IMG/VR virus record: IMGVR_UViG_3300044267_002764
Span: 1 to 25,948 of that record
Direction: 5' to 3' (one strand)
Origin: a virus
Lineage: Duplodnaviria; Caudoviricetes
DNA length: 25,948 nt
In this document: piece by piece, positions 1 to 7,022 of the stretch
How positions within the stretch are numbered: the stretch's first letter is position 1
Layout of the letters: each line of letters begins with the position of its first letter
The notes under the pieces: generated by a model
The model's database searches: none
The model's input: only the letters and a program-made list of their open reading frames with translations
Told to the model about the DNA's origin: nothing
Translations under genes and position numbers: made by a program

Positions 1-81
1 CACGACGCCGATGGAGAGGAACACGACGCAGCTTGGGAGTCTGAGCGCAGGCTGCGACTGATGGAAGGCTGGCAAGCCTGA
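1..81 (+). CDS. 3' end of a hypothetical protein, truncated by the window edge
   Basis: Frame 1 is open from base 1 (HDADGEEHDAAWESERRLRLMEGWQA) to TGA at 79-81, followed by the same hairpin/motif block that follows the next genes. Confidence 0.6.
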   Translation, partial: HDADGEEHDAAWESERRLRLMEGWQA

Positions 82-87
82 GAGCAA

Positions 88-111
88 GCGGGGGCCCTTC
101 GGGGCTCCCGC
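88..111 (+). terminator. GC-rich C(UUCG)G hairpin, terminator-like (unit 1)
   Basis: gcgggggccc-TTCG-gggctcccgc shortly after a stop codon; no real U-tract. Confidence 0.6.
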
Positions 112-121
112 CCTCATCGTC

Positions 122-157
122 GCCCTATCACTTGAGGGGGAGCGCACGCGCGCGCGC
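122..157 (+). repeat. Bipartite intergenic motif, copy 1
   Basis: GCCCTATCAC (122-131), 13 nt, CACGCGCGCGCGC (145-157). Confidence 0.9.
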
Positions 158-207
158 CACCCCCTGGAACCATACACCAGGCGCGCGAACTTTCTTACAA
201 TAATGTG

Positions 208-236
208 TTGCCTGCCACGATAACGCGGGTTATATT
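208..236 (+). promoter_or_regulatory. Sigma70-type promoter (unit 1)
   Basis: TTGCCT-17 nt-TATATT with an AT-rich upstream stretch; same layout at 652, 1305 and 2209. Confidence 0.8.
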
Positions 237-277
237 AATAGAGCCCAATGAAGGGCTGTCCAGACGGAGGACATATC

Positions 278-520
278 ATGAAAGCTATTACCATCAATGG
301 AGCCGTGGGCGAAATCATCGAGCGCGGATGCCGGTCGGATGACGGCCTGCCCGAAACTATCGAGTGGCGTGGTCAACTCTTCGACGTGCCCACGTTCGAG
401 GAGATTGAAGGCTGGATTTTCGACAGCGTGTGCGAGACTCTCGACGGCGACATGGTCGAACCCGACGGGTGGAACGTCGAGGGCTGCCCGTCGTGGCTTC
501 TGGTGCTTGGCTTGGTTTAG
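278..520 (+). CDS. Small acidic phage hypothetical protein (80 aa)
   Basis: GGAGG at 266-270, ATG at 278; ends in DSVCE..DG..VEPDG...G.PSWLLVLGLV, a pattern I recall from small phage early proteins. Confidence 0.8.
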   Translation: MKAITINGAVGEIIERGCRSDDGLPETIEWRGQLFDVPTFEEIEGWIFDSVCETLDGDMVEPDGWNVEGCPSWLLVLGLV

Positions 521-527
521 CACATGC

Positions 528-554
528 GGGCGGGGGCTTCGGCCCTCGCCCTTT
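528..554 (+). terminator. UUCG hairpin terminator (unit 2)
   Basis: gggcgggggc-TTCG-gccctcgccc-ttt. Confidence 0.7.
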
Positions 555-560
555 CCTGGT

Positions 561-596
561 GCCCTATCACTTGATTGGGAGCACACGCGCGCGCGC
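561..596 (+). repeat. Bipartite intergenic motif, copy 2
   Basis: GCCCTATCAC-N13-CACGCGCGCGCGC. Confidence 0.9.
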
Positions 597-651
597 TGCC
601 CCTGGACCAGGCAACCCCTGGCAAGCGCCTAAAAAAACACACAATAAAGTG

Positions 652-680
652 TTGCCTTTCAAAACCACACCGGTTATATT
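652..680 (+). promoter_or_regulatory. Sigma70-type promoter (unit 2)
   Basis: caataaagtg-TTGCCT-17 nt-TATATT-aatagag. Confidence 0.8.
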
Positions 681-726
681 AATAGAGTCCATGAGGACAA
701 CAACCCTTTCCAGACGGAAGAAACCA

Positions 727-1164
727 ATGAGTAGATACACTCCAAACCCTGACATCAATCCCCTCCTCACCATTCACACTCTCGAGAAATCCGGGCGCGT
801 CATGTCCGCCGAAATCGAGTACACCGTCGACATCGGCGGAGAGTCCAGCTACGGCTCCGTAAGTCTTGACGATGAAGAGTTCGACGTTCAGGTTGACTTC
901 GATGTCTCGGACGTCGAAGACCTGACGACCGCAGACATCGACAATCTCATCGATGCGCTGGTCAAGTACCATCCCGAGCACATGAGTCGCCGGCTTGTCT
1001 TGTCGGGTCCAACCGACGCGGACGCAATCAAGGCGCTCATGGAACGGATGGATGAGCTTGGTGCCGAGCTTAACAAGTCAACCATTGAGCTTGCTGCAAT
1101 CCGCAGGGCTGCGAAGATGCTGACAGTCGCAGAGCCTGGAAGCGAGCAGCCCGCAAACAAATAG
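727..1164 (+). CDS. Acidic hypothetical protein with a C-terminal coiled coil (145 aa)
   Basis: ATG 727 follows the conserved leader CAGACGGAAGAAA; the longer ORF from 430 runs through the terminator and promoter, so that start is rejected. Confidence 0.75.
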   Translation: MSRYTPNPDINPLLTIHTLEKSGRVMSAEIEYTVDIGGESSYGSVSLDDEEFDVQVDFDVSDVEDLTTADIDNLIDALVKYHPEHMSRRLVLSGPTDADAIKALMERMDELGAELNKSTIELAAIRRAAKMLTVAEPGSEQPANK

Positions 1165-1174
1165 GGAAGGGGCA

Positions 1175-1208
1175 GGGCGGCGGGCCTTCGGGTCCGTCGC
1201 CCATTTTT
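1175..1208 (+). terminator. UUCG hairpin intrinsic terminator (unit 3)
   Basis: gggcggcgggcc-TTCG-ggtccgtcgccc-attttt. Confidence 0.8.
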
Positions 1209-1213
1209 CGCGC

Positions 1214-1249
1214 GCCCTATCACTTGCAGGGGCTCACACGCGCGCGCGC
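1214..1249 (+). repeat. Bipartite intergenic motif, copy 3
   Basis: GCCCTATCAC-N13-CACGCGCGCGCGC. Confidence 0.9.
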
Positions 1250-1304
1250 TGCCCTGGTCCCAGGTCCCTGGTCCCTGGTAAATAAAAAAACCTGCAATAA
1301 AGTG

Positions 1305-1333
1305 TTGCCTCTGTAGATAACAGGGGTTATATT
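1305..1333 (+). promoter_or_regulatory. Sigma70-type promoter (unit 3)
   Basis: caataaagtg-TTGCCT-17 nt-TATATT-aatagag. Confidence 0.8.
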
Positions 1334-1373
1334 AATAGAGTCCAATGAAGGACATGTTTCAGACGGAGAAACA

Positions 1374-2087
1374 ATGCAACTTTTCGATGCAATCAGCAAA
1401 ACCAAAGGCGGCCAATACTTCGCAGTCATCGGCCATGAATCAAAAACAGACGGCTCGGTCAAGAACCGGCTACTGCAAGCGACGACGAACGCAGTACCCC
1501 GAAAGATTGACCTCGACGCCCAGCGGCTCGAAACGCAGACCGCCCTTACAGCGGCGCACCTTCTGAGCAAGTACAGCATTCCGGCTGACCTTGCAGCGGA
1601 GGCGCTCACCATTCTGGTGGACCGGGTCAAGGCTCGCCAGAGCGGCAAGAGTCAAGGCGGCGCACGGGTTAAGCACATTGTCGCCCGAGGCGCTAACGGG
1701 CGCGCAATCGTTCAGATTGTATCGTCCGGCGATACGTGGGCCCTCCAGGTTGTCGGGGAGCAGGTCCAGACATGGACGGTAAAGCCCGGCAACATTGACC
1801 ACGACGCCGTGAACCGTGGCCGACTCATGAAGAACATCGAGCAAGCGCAGAAGCAAGCCGAGAAGCGCAAGAGCAACCCGGCCCAGTCGATTAGCTCTAT
1901 CGTGTCATTGCTCAACAAGTGCATTCCGACACCGTGGGACCAGATACAATACCGGACCCTCACACTGTTGGGGCCTGGCGAGAGCAAGGTCGAGAGCATC
2001 GCAATCAACGGGCAGCGGTTCAAAGACTTCATGTCAATCGTGGCTCACTTCCGTCCGGACCTTCTGCCACTTGTGCAGAGCGTCTGA
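1374..2087 (+). CDS. Basic hypothetical protein (237 aa)
   Basis: GGAGAAACA-ATG; long ORF between a promoter and a terminator; family not recognised. Confidence 0.8.
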   Translation: MQLFDAISKTKGGQYFAVIGHESKTDGSVKNRLLQATTNAVPRKIDLDAQRLETQTALTAAHLLSKYSIPADLAAEALTILVDRVKARQSGKSQGGARVKHIVARGANGRAIVQIVSSGDTWALQVVGEQVQTWTVKPGNIDHDAVNRGRLMKNIEQAQKQAEKRKSNPAQSISSIVSLLNKCIPTPWDQIQYRTLTLLGPGESKVESIAINGQRFKDFMSIVAHFRPDLLPLVQSV

Positions 2088-2097
2088 GTGCGTCACG

Positions 2098-2129
2098 GGG
2101 GCGGGGGCTTCGGCCCTCGCCCCACCTTT
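2098..2129 (+). terminator. UUCG hairpin terminator (unit 4)
   Basis: ggggcgggggc-TTCG-gccctcgcccc; 24 nt identical to the hairpin at 528-551. Confidence 0.7.
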
Positions 2130-2134
2130 CGCGC

Positions 2135-2168
2135 GCCCTATCACTCGCATGGGCTCACACGCGCGCGC
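2135..2168 (+). repeat. Bipartite intergenic motif, copy 4
   Basis: GCCCTATCAC-N13-CACGCGCGCGC. Confidence 0.9.
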
Positions 2169-2208
2169 CCACCATACCCCCCCCATTAAAATAATCGAAT
2201 AAAAACGC

Positions 2209-2237
2209 TTGACGGTTAAAAGTTATTCGGTTATATT
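2209..2237 (+). promoter_or_regulatory. Sigma70-type promoter (unit 4)
   Basis: TTGACG-17 nt-TATATT, with the same GGT before the -10. Confidence 0.85.
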
Positions 2238-2269
2238 ATTAGAAGAAACAACACCACCCCGAGGCTACT

Positions 2270-2956
2270 ATGCATTCGAAATACCTTTGCACGGCTACCA
2301 GTACAAACAAGAAGACAGGCAACGTCCCCACCATATGGATAGGCGAGACGCGCGAGGAATCGCTACAATCCTGTCGGGACGTCGGCTGTCCGTTGCTCCA
2401 CACAAAGCACGGCGGCCAGGGCGGCAACGGTAAACCGCTGTGCTACGCCCAACACGGGACGCCGTCATTCTCTCACGCTGCCATGGTCAAGGCCAACAAG
2501 CGCGGCAAGAACTACAGCCTGCGCGGAGCTTTGGCGACAGCATCACGAGCGGCGCGCATGGTCCGGCTCGGTTCAATCGGTGACCCGGCGGGACTGTCTC
2601 CCATCGATGGCGCGTATATCCGCGAGACCGTAAAGCGCGAGGGCTTCGCCCTCATCGGATACACGCACGGGTGGGCACTTGACGTGTCAACACGTTGGAA
2701 GGGCCACATCATGGCGTCATGCGATACGCTCGCGCAAGCTGACAAGGCCATAGCGGACGGATGGCGGGCGACGGTTCTACTTCCGAAGGGCCACACCGAA
2801 CGCACGTTCACCACGCCCGAGGGTCACACCGGCGTTGTCTGTCCTGCGCAACTGCAACCCGAGGTTGTAACCTGCAACACTTGCCGGCTGTGCGACGGCT
2901 CCAAGGCTGGCCCGGTTATCGGGTTCATCGACCACAGCCCTGGGGGCAAGAAATGA
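2270..2956 (+). CDS. Cys-rich phage protein, GP88/DUF7227-like (probably metal or Fe-S binding)
   Basis: NKKTG, C..GCP, CYA, RLGSIGDP, GYTH, MASCD, VVCPAQ, TCNTCRLC and IGFIDH motifs. Confidence 0.65.
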   Translation: MHSKYLCTATSTNKKTGNVPTIWIGETREESLQSCRDVGCPLLHTKHGGQGGNGKPLCYAQHGTPSFSHAAMVKANKRGKNYSLRGALATASRAARMVRLGSIGDPAGLSPIDGAYIRETVKREGFALIGYTHGWALDVSTRWKGHIMASCDTLAQADKAIADGWRATVLLPKGHTERTFTTPEGHTGVVCPAQLQPEVVTCNTCRLCDGSKAGPVIGFIDHSPGGKK

Positions 2957-3045
2957 TTCCAGTACATGAACAAATATTCGGGGCCGTCGTGTATTCGGCG
3001 CTGGTCTTCGGGTTCATGCTCACCCTCATCCGGCTCACAACCTGA
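2953..3045 (+). CDS. 30-aa single-pass membrane peptide
   Basis: ATGA overlap with the upstream stop; MIPVHEQIFGAVVYSALVFGFMLTLIRLTT. Confidence 0.5.
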   Translation: MIPVHEQIFGAVVYSALVFGFMLTLIRLTT

Positions 3046-3059
3046 GTCGGAACGAGGCC

Positions 3060-3092
3060 GCCCTATCAGCCTGCGTACACACACGCGCGCGC
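3060..3092 (+). repeat. Bipartite intergenic motif, copy 5 (diverged)
   Basis: GCCCTATCAG-N12-CACGCGCGCGC with no preceding UUCG hairpin. Confidence 0.75.
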
Positions 3093-3175
3093 CCTGATAT
3101 GGGTGTGGCCTGTCGCGAGAACGGGGGCGACACACTCACCAACCACGCACGGATTTACCCGCGCCATAAAATCAC

Positions 3176-3204
3176 TTGACCCTTCGCTTGTGCCGTAGTA
3201 GTCT
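3176..3204 (+). promoter_or_regulatory. Sigma70-type promoter with no ORF directly downstream
   Basis: TTGACC-17 nt-TAGTCT. Confidence 0.55.
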
Positions 3205-3470
3205 ACGGAGTGAACGCCGGGTAGACACACCCTTCTTGGAGGCAGACTTCGGGTTCCCGGCCCGCTCGATTCTATCACGCACGCGGATATCGCAGGTTAA
3301 ACCTGCCATTCTGGCTGACCCCAACACGGCGGACACCATTGTGGAAGGGGCGACATTTGCACAGACGGCGCGCACAACTTCTCCCCCACTAAAATCATAA
3401 GGGTCAATCCACGGCGACACTTGTTGTGTTTGCACGTTATCAAAGCCCCGGTAATCGAATAAGGTATCCA

Positions 3471-3914
3471 ATGAACGACAACTACAAAGAAGCTCGACCA
3501 TGGCATCGGTTCCACCGGATGCTTGAGAGGACGAGTCCTTCCTTCCGTCCGTACACGGTTCAGGAGGTGGAGCAGTTCTACCGCGAGTTGGATGGTCATC
3601 TGACTGGTTCATTCATCAAGTCCGAGGTTCAGGCTGGAGGTCTACGCATCTTCATACTGTACCGTGAGATTCAGCAACAACTCAACCGCAGCCATACTGT
3701 GGACTCATTTGCTCGCACACTGGGTGAGCGTCCACCGCAGGTGTATAACTGGCTCCGTGGCTCCACGGGTATCAAGCGGTACACCATCGACATCCTCCAA
3801 TCCTGGACTTGCCTTCTTACGAAGTACTGGAAGGACGAGGGGGTCATCCTGTACCTTCTCTGCCATCCCACCGGAATCATAGAGCCCATGATTTACATGA
3901 AGCCTTCAGAGTAG
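3471..3914 (+). CDS. HTH (XRE/Cro-like) domain protein (147 aa)
   Basis: TVDSFARTLGERPPQVYNWLRG helix-turn-helix pattern; AAGG before ATG 3471. Confidence 0.6.
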   Translation: MNDNYKEARPWHRFHRMLERTSPSFRPYTVQEVEQFYRELDGHLTGSFIKSEVQAGGLRIFILYREIQQQLNRSHTVDSFARTLGERPPQVYNWLRGSTGIKRYTIDILQSWTCLLTKYWKDEGVILYLLCHPTGIIEPMIYMKPSE

Positions 3915-4125
3915 GCTGTCCCTACCTGTCCCCCTGTCCCCACTCTCCCCTATATAACCCTATTGGTACACACTATTATTCCTCTATCCCTATATATCCC
4001 CTTTACTATTTACCCTTTTATAGAAGAAGGTAGGGACAAGAAGGACAGTAGAGAAAGCCAAGGTTCTACCTACATTTTTACCCCGTCCCCCCATGAGGGA
4101 CACTGTCCCAAAGCTCTGGACAATC
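3915..4125. other. Putative replication origin (TGTCCC/GGGACA iterons around an AT-rich core)
   Basis: CTGTCCC at 3916, 3926 and 3934; AT/pyrimidine-rich 3950-4022; 11-bp inverted repeat 3917-3927/4028-4038; palindrome GGGACA-C-TGTCCC 4097-4109. Confidence 0.6.
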
Positions 4126-4146
4126 GAACTTTCTTACAGAAAATAC

Positions 4147-4175
4147 TTGCCCAGTTATTCGATATAGGTTACCTT
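4147..4175 (+). promoter_or_regulatory. Sigma70-type promoter of the early family
   Basis: TTGCCC-17 nt-TACCTT with GGT before the -10; upstream GAACTTTCTTACA (4126-4138) is identical to 187-199. Confidence 0.6.
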
Positions 4176-4275
4176 CTAATACCACACAGGACACCCTCAA
4201 CGCCAATCATAAGGCAGGTCGAGCATACCAATGGGAACCGCTCGCCATTATTCAAATAAGGAAACAATCGCTACT

Positions 4276-4635
4276 ATGGCTACAATCAGAATCAAGTTCA
4301 ACCTTACCGAGGAAGACTTCCAAGGCATCATCGAGATGGCTGGATACGGTATTGCATACTGGGCCCGCTCTCTTGAACAGACGAGTCGAGGCTATGTTGT
4401 TGTCGATAGTATGAAGACTAAGGTGGATGGCGAGTACATCCACATCAAGAAGACCCTCACTCGTGCGTCCCTTGAGCGTGCAGTTGTGGGACTGTTCACC
4501 GAGCGCAAGCTCAATAACTACTACATGTCAGCAATCGACCGACTTGTCTTTCAAGGGGATTCAAGCGACGTTGGCTCGGATATTGCCGATGCCATTATTC
4601 AACAAGCCTGCTTCGGCAGCGTCATCTACGGATGA
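4276..4635 (+). CDS. Phage hypothetical protein (119 aa)
   Basis: GIAYWA and C-terminal DIADAIIQQACFGSVIYG patterns, familiar from phage early proteins. Confidence 0.75.
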   Translation: MATIRIKFNLTEEDFQGIIEMAGYGIAYWARSLEQTSRGYVVVDSMKTKVDGEYIHIKKTLTRASLERAVVGLFTERKLNNYYMSAIDRLVFQGDSSDVGSDIADAIIQQACFGSVIYG

Positions 4636-4650
4636 AGGAGATACAACACT

Positions 4651-5307
4651 ATGTCTGAAATACAACACGCACTCGAAAACCTTGAGAGGGCTCAAGAGCG
4701 GCTCGACCCTCGCTCTGTCTACATCCTCAAGATTCTCATCAACGCTGGACTTCCGTGCCGGGAGTACGCCGACACTGAGTATCTGGAGAAGTTGGCCGAC
4801 TCGGTACACACACTGTGGAACCATCTGTGTCAACTGGACACGGGCAACCTTCGGTGCTGGGACATGAACGTCCTGGAACTGGCGTCCATCTACGGTGAGG
4901 CCATCGGGGCTCGACACTTCCGCGACAACATGCAGCCGTCAGAAGAAGACAGACTGCGCGATGCGCTGGGAGAAATGATTCGACACTTCGAGACGTTCCT
5001 TGCCGAGGACCAGTCAGAGTTTTCTACTGCGCTGACCAAGCGCATCATCGAAGACGCGAAGGATGCCCACACAGGTGGCGCTTGGTCGGCCATGCTTGAG
5101 CAATCCACTCAGTGGCCCACCACAGGGTCCGAGGAATCATTCTGCAAGCTGTCGTCTGAGCAGATGATTGAGGCCGGGTTCACGCTCGACTCCTGTACCT
5201 ACAAAGAGTTCAGGGCCTACCGCGACAAGTGCGACGAAGAAGAAGAAGCAGAGTACCAGCGCACCAATGATGCGATGGACAAGCTGAGCACAGACTTGGA
5301 GACATAA
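4651..5307 (+). CDS. Acidic hypothetical protein (218 aa)
   Basis: AAGGAG upstream; long ORF. Confidence 0.8.
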   Translation: MSEIQHALENLERAQERLDPRSVYILKILINAGLPCREYADTEYLEKLADSVHTLWNHLCQLDTGNLRCWDMNVLELASIYGEAIGARHFRDNMQPSEEDRLRDALGEMIRHFETFLAEDQSEFSTALTKRIIEDAKDAHTGGAWSAMLEQSTQWPTTGSEESFCKLSSEQMIEAGFTLDSCTYKEFRAYRDKCDEEEEAEYQRTNDAMDKLSTDLET

Positions 5308-5422
5308 GTCTCACGTTTCTCTGGCGACGAAAGCCCAGGGTACGCAGCCAAACGGGCGTCCGGTTTGGCACCGCCGATAGCACAGGGCGCACACTTCTTA
5401 AACCCACACCACAAGGTGAACC

Positions 5423-6118
5423 ATGAACCCAATCATTGCCAAGATTGAAAAGCTCCTACGACTCTCCCAAGACCAATGTGACTCGCCAGAAGGTGAGACT
5501 GCCGCCAGACTTGCCAGCAAGATGATGGCAGCCCACGCCATCGACATGGCCAGCATTGACCTGACCAAGGAGGTCGAGCACGACCCCATGGAGAAGCAGG
5601 ACATGAAGGTCCGCGTCAGCGTCTGGCGTCGTCAACTGGCGACTGTGCTGGGTGCCCACTGCAACTGCACTGTTGCCTACACATCCATGAAGGGGATTGG
5701 CCAGTACATCAGCATGTACGGTCACCGCACCGACATCGAACTGCTCAAGTATCTGTACGACATCTGCGAGCGTCAGATTGAAGCCGAGGCTCGACGCTAC
5801 GTGGATAGCTTTCGCAAAGCCTCGCGTGGAGCCAAGAAGATTATGGGCAACAACTTCCGCCGCAGCGCAGTCGTTGGCCTTGACACCAAGCTGGAGGAGA
5901 TTCGCAAGGACGCCCAGGCCGAGAATGTTGAGGGCTTCGCACTCGTCCGCAGCCGCAAGCAGAAGGTGGATGAGTGGGTCAACGAGAACTACTCCTTCCG
6001 CTCTGGAAGCAATGGCAGCTACAACTACAACAGTGACGGGTACTCCGCTGGTCGCAACGTCAGCCTGAGTGCTGGTGTCGGCAGCAGCGGTGGCCGCAAG
6101 CAGATTGGAGGTGAGTGA
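5423..6118 (+). CDS. DUF2786-domain protein
   Basis: N-terminal IIAKIEKLLRLS...EGETAARLASKMMAAHAI and C-terminal GYSAGRNVSL, typical of the family. Confidence 0.8.
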   Translation: MNPIIAKIEKLLRLSQDQCDSPEGETAARLASKMMAAHAIDMASIDLTKEVEHDPMEKQDMKVRVSVWRRQLATVLGAHCNCTVAYTSMKGIGQYISMYGHRTDIELLKYLYDICERQIEAEARRYVDSFRKASRGAKKIMGNNFRRSAVVGLDTKLEEIRKDAQAENVEGFALVRSRKQKVDEWVNENYSFRSGSNGSYNYNSDGYSAGRNVSLSAGVGSSGGRKQIGGE

Positions 6119-6399
6119 TGAACATGCCAGAAGGATTGAAGTACTGGACCGCTGACGAGGTAGCCGAATGCTTGAGCGGCATCGGGCCTGACCTGTATCG
6201 CAAGCTGTGGGACATCCTCAGTGCTGCCAAGAACCCGACACCGCTTGGTGGTGACGGCTCCAACGGCACAGTCGAGACACCGGACGGTCGCCTTGACTTG
6301 GACAACGACGACAAGGCTCCACACTGGTGGGTCAAGCTCACGCCAGCCGAGCAAAAAACTATCGCATCAGCCTACACCGCTGAACATGGAGGTAAGTGA
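6118..6399 (+). CDS. Hypothetical protein (93 aa)
   Basis: TGATG coupling with a GGAGGTGA Shine-Dalgarno. Confidence 0.75.
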   Translation: MNMPEGLKYWTADEVAECLSGIGPDLYRKLWDILSAAKNPTPLGGDGSNGTVETPDGRLDLDNDDKAPHWWVKLTPAEQKTIASAYTAEHGGK

Positions 6400-7022
6400 T
6401 GCGAGTACTCGTAGCCTGTGAATACAGCGGCATAGTCCGTGATGCATTCATCGCCAAAGGTCATGAAGCAATGTCATGCGACATCCTTCCAACGGACAGA
6501 CCAAACTGGACGTATGACCCACTGACCGACATCCGTACTCACCATCCCGAGCGCGGACAACACTACAAGGGCGATGTCCTGGACATCATCTACGACGGGT
6601 GGGACTTGATGATTGCACACCCACCATGCACCTACCTGACCAACAGTGGTGTTCGGTGGCTGCACACCCAGCCGGGCCGATGGGACCAACTGCGTCTTGC
6701 TGGTGAGTTCTTCAACCGACTGCTCGACGCGCCTATTCCGCGCATCTGCATCGAGAACCCAATCCCACACAAGTACGCCATTGAGTGTATGAACGGACGG
6801 AAGTACACGCAGATTATCCAGCCGTGGCAGTTCGGTCACGGTGAGACCAAGGCTACTTGCCTGTGGCTCAAAGGTCTGCCTAAGCTCCAGCCCACCGACA
6901 TTGTTGACGGGAGAGAGCAGCGCATCTGGAAGCTTCCGCCGAGCGAAGACCGCTGGAAGATTCGGAGCACAACCTACCAAGGCATCGCTGATGCGATGGC
7001 TGACCAATGGGGAGGTGAGTGA
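6399..7022 (+). CDS. Short phage DNA (cytosine-5)-methyltransferase-like protein
   Basis: RVLVACEYSG (variant motif I), SCDI, GDV, AHPPCT (catalytic PC), IENP, KATCLW. Confidence 0.75.
   Translation: MRVLVACEYSGIVRDAFIAKGHEAMSCDILPTDRPNWTYDPLTDIRTHHPERGQHYKGDVLDIIYDGWDLMIAHPPCTYLTNSGVRWLHTQPGRWDQLRLAGEFFNRLLDAPIPRICIENPIPHKYAIECMNGRKYTQIIQPWQFGHGETKATCLWLKGLPKLQPTDIVDGREQRIWKLPPSEDRWKIRSTTYQGIADAMADQWGGE

Noticed and set aside
123-130. CCCTATCA matches a tetO half-site
   Set aside because: There is no adjacent TGATAG half-site, only a distant imperfect one in copy 5, and no TetR-family gene is seen.
681-700. Hammerhead ribozyme resemblance (GAGTCC-ATGA-GGAC)
   Set aside because: It resembles stem II only; the CUGAUGA and GAAA core nucleotides are missing.
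430-726. N-terminal extension of the 244-aa ORF, and other overlapping or antisense ORFs such as 13087-13905, 21402-21953 and 23749-24294
   Set aside because: They cross terminators and promoters or shadow well-supported genes, with no RBS or recognisable motifs.
82-3290. CRISPR array or integron attC array
   Set aside because: The repeats are separated by whole genes of 240-780 nt rather than 30-40 nt spacers. I see no RYYYAAC/GTTRRRY attC ends and no cas or integrase gene in the window.
3809-4259. ORFs across the AT-rich repeat region
   Set aside because: Low-complexity translations without RBS; better explained as origin and promoter DNA.
5319-5350. c-di-GMP-I riboswitch resemblance (GAAA loop followed by ACGCA)
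   Set aside because: The upstream GGCAAA element and the P1 stem are not evident; kept only as an unassigned structured leader.
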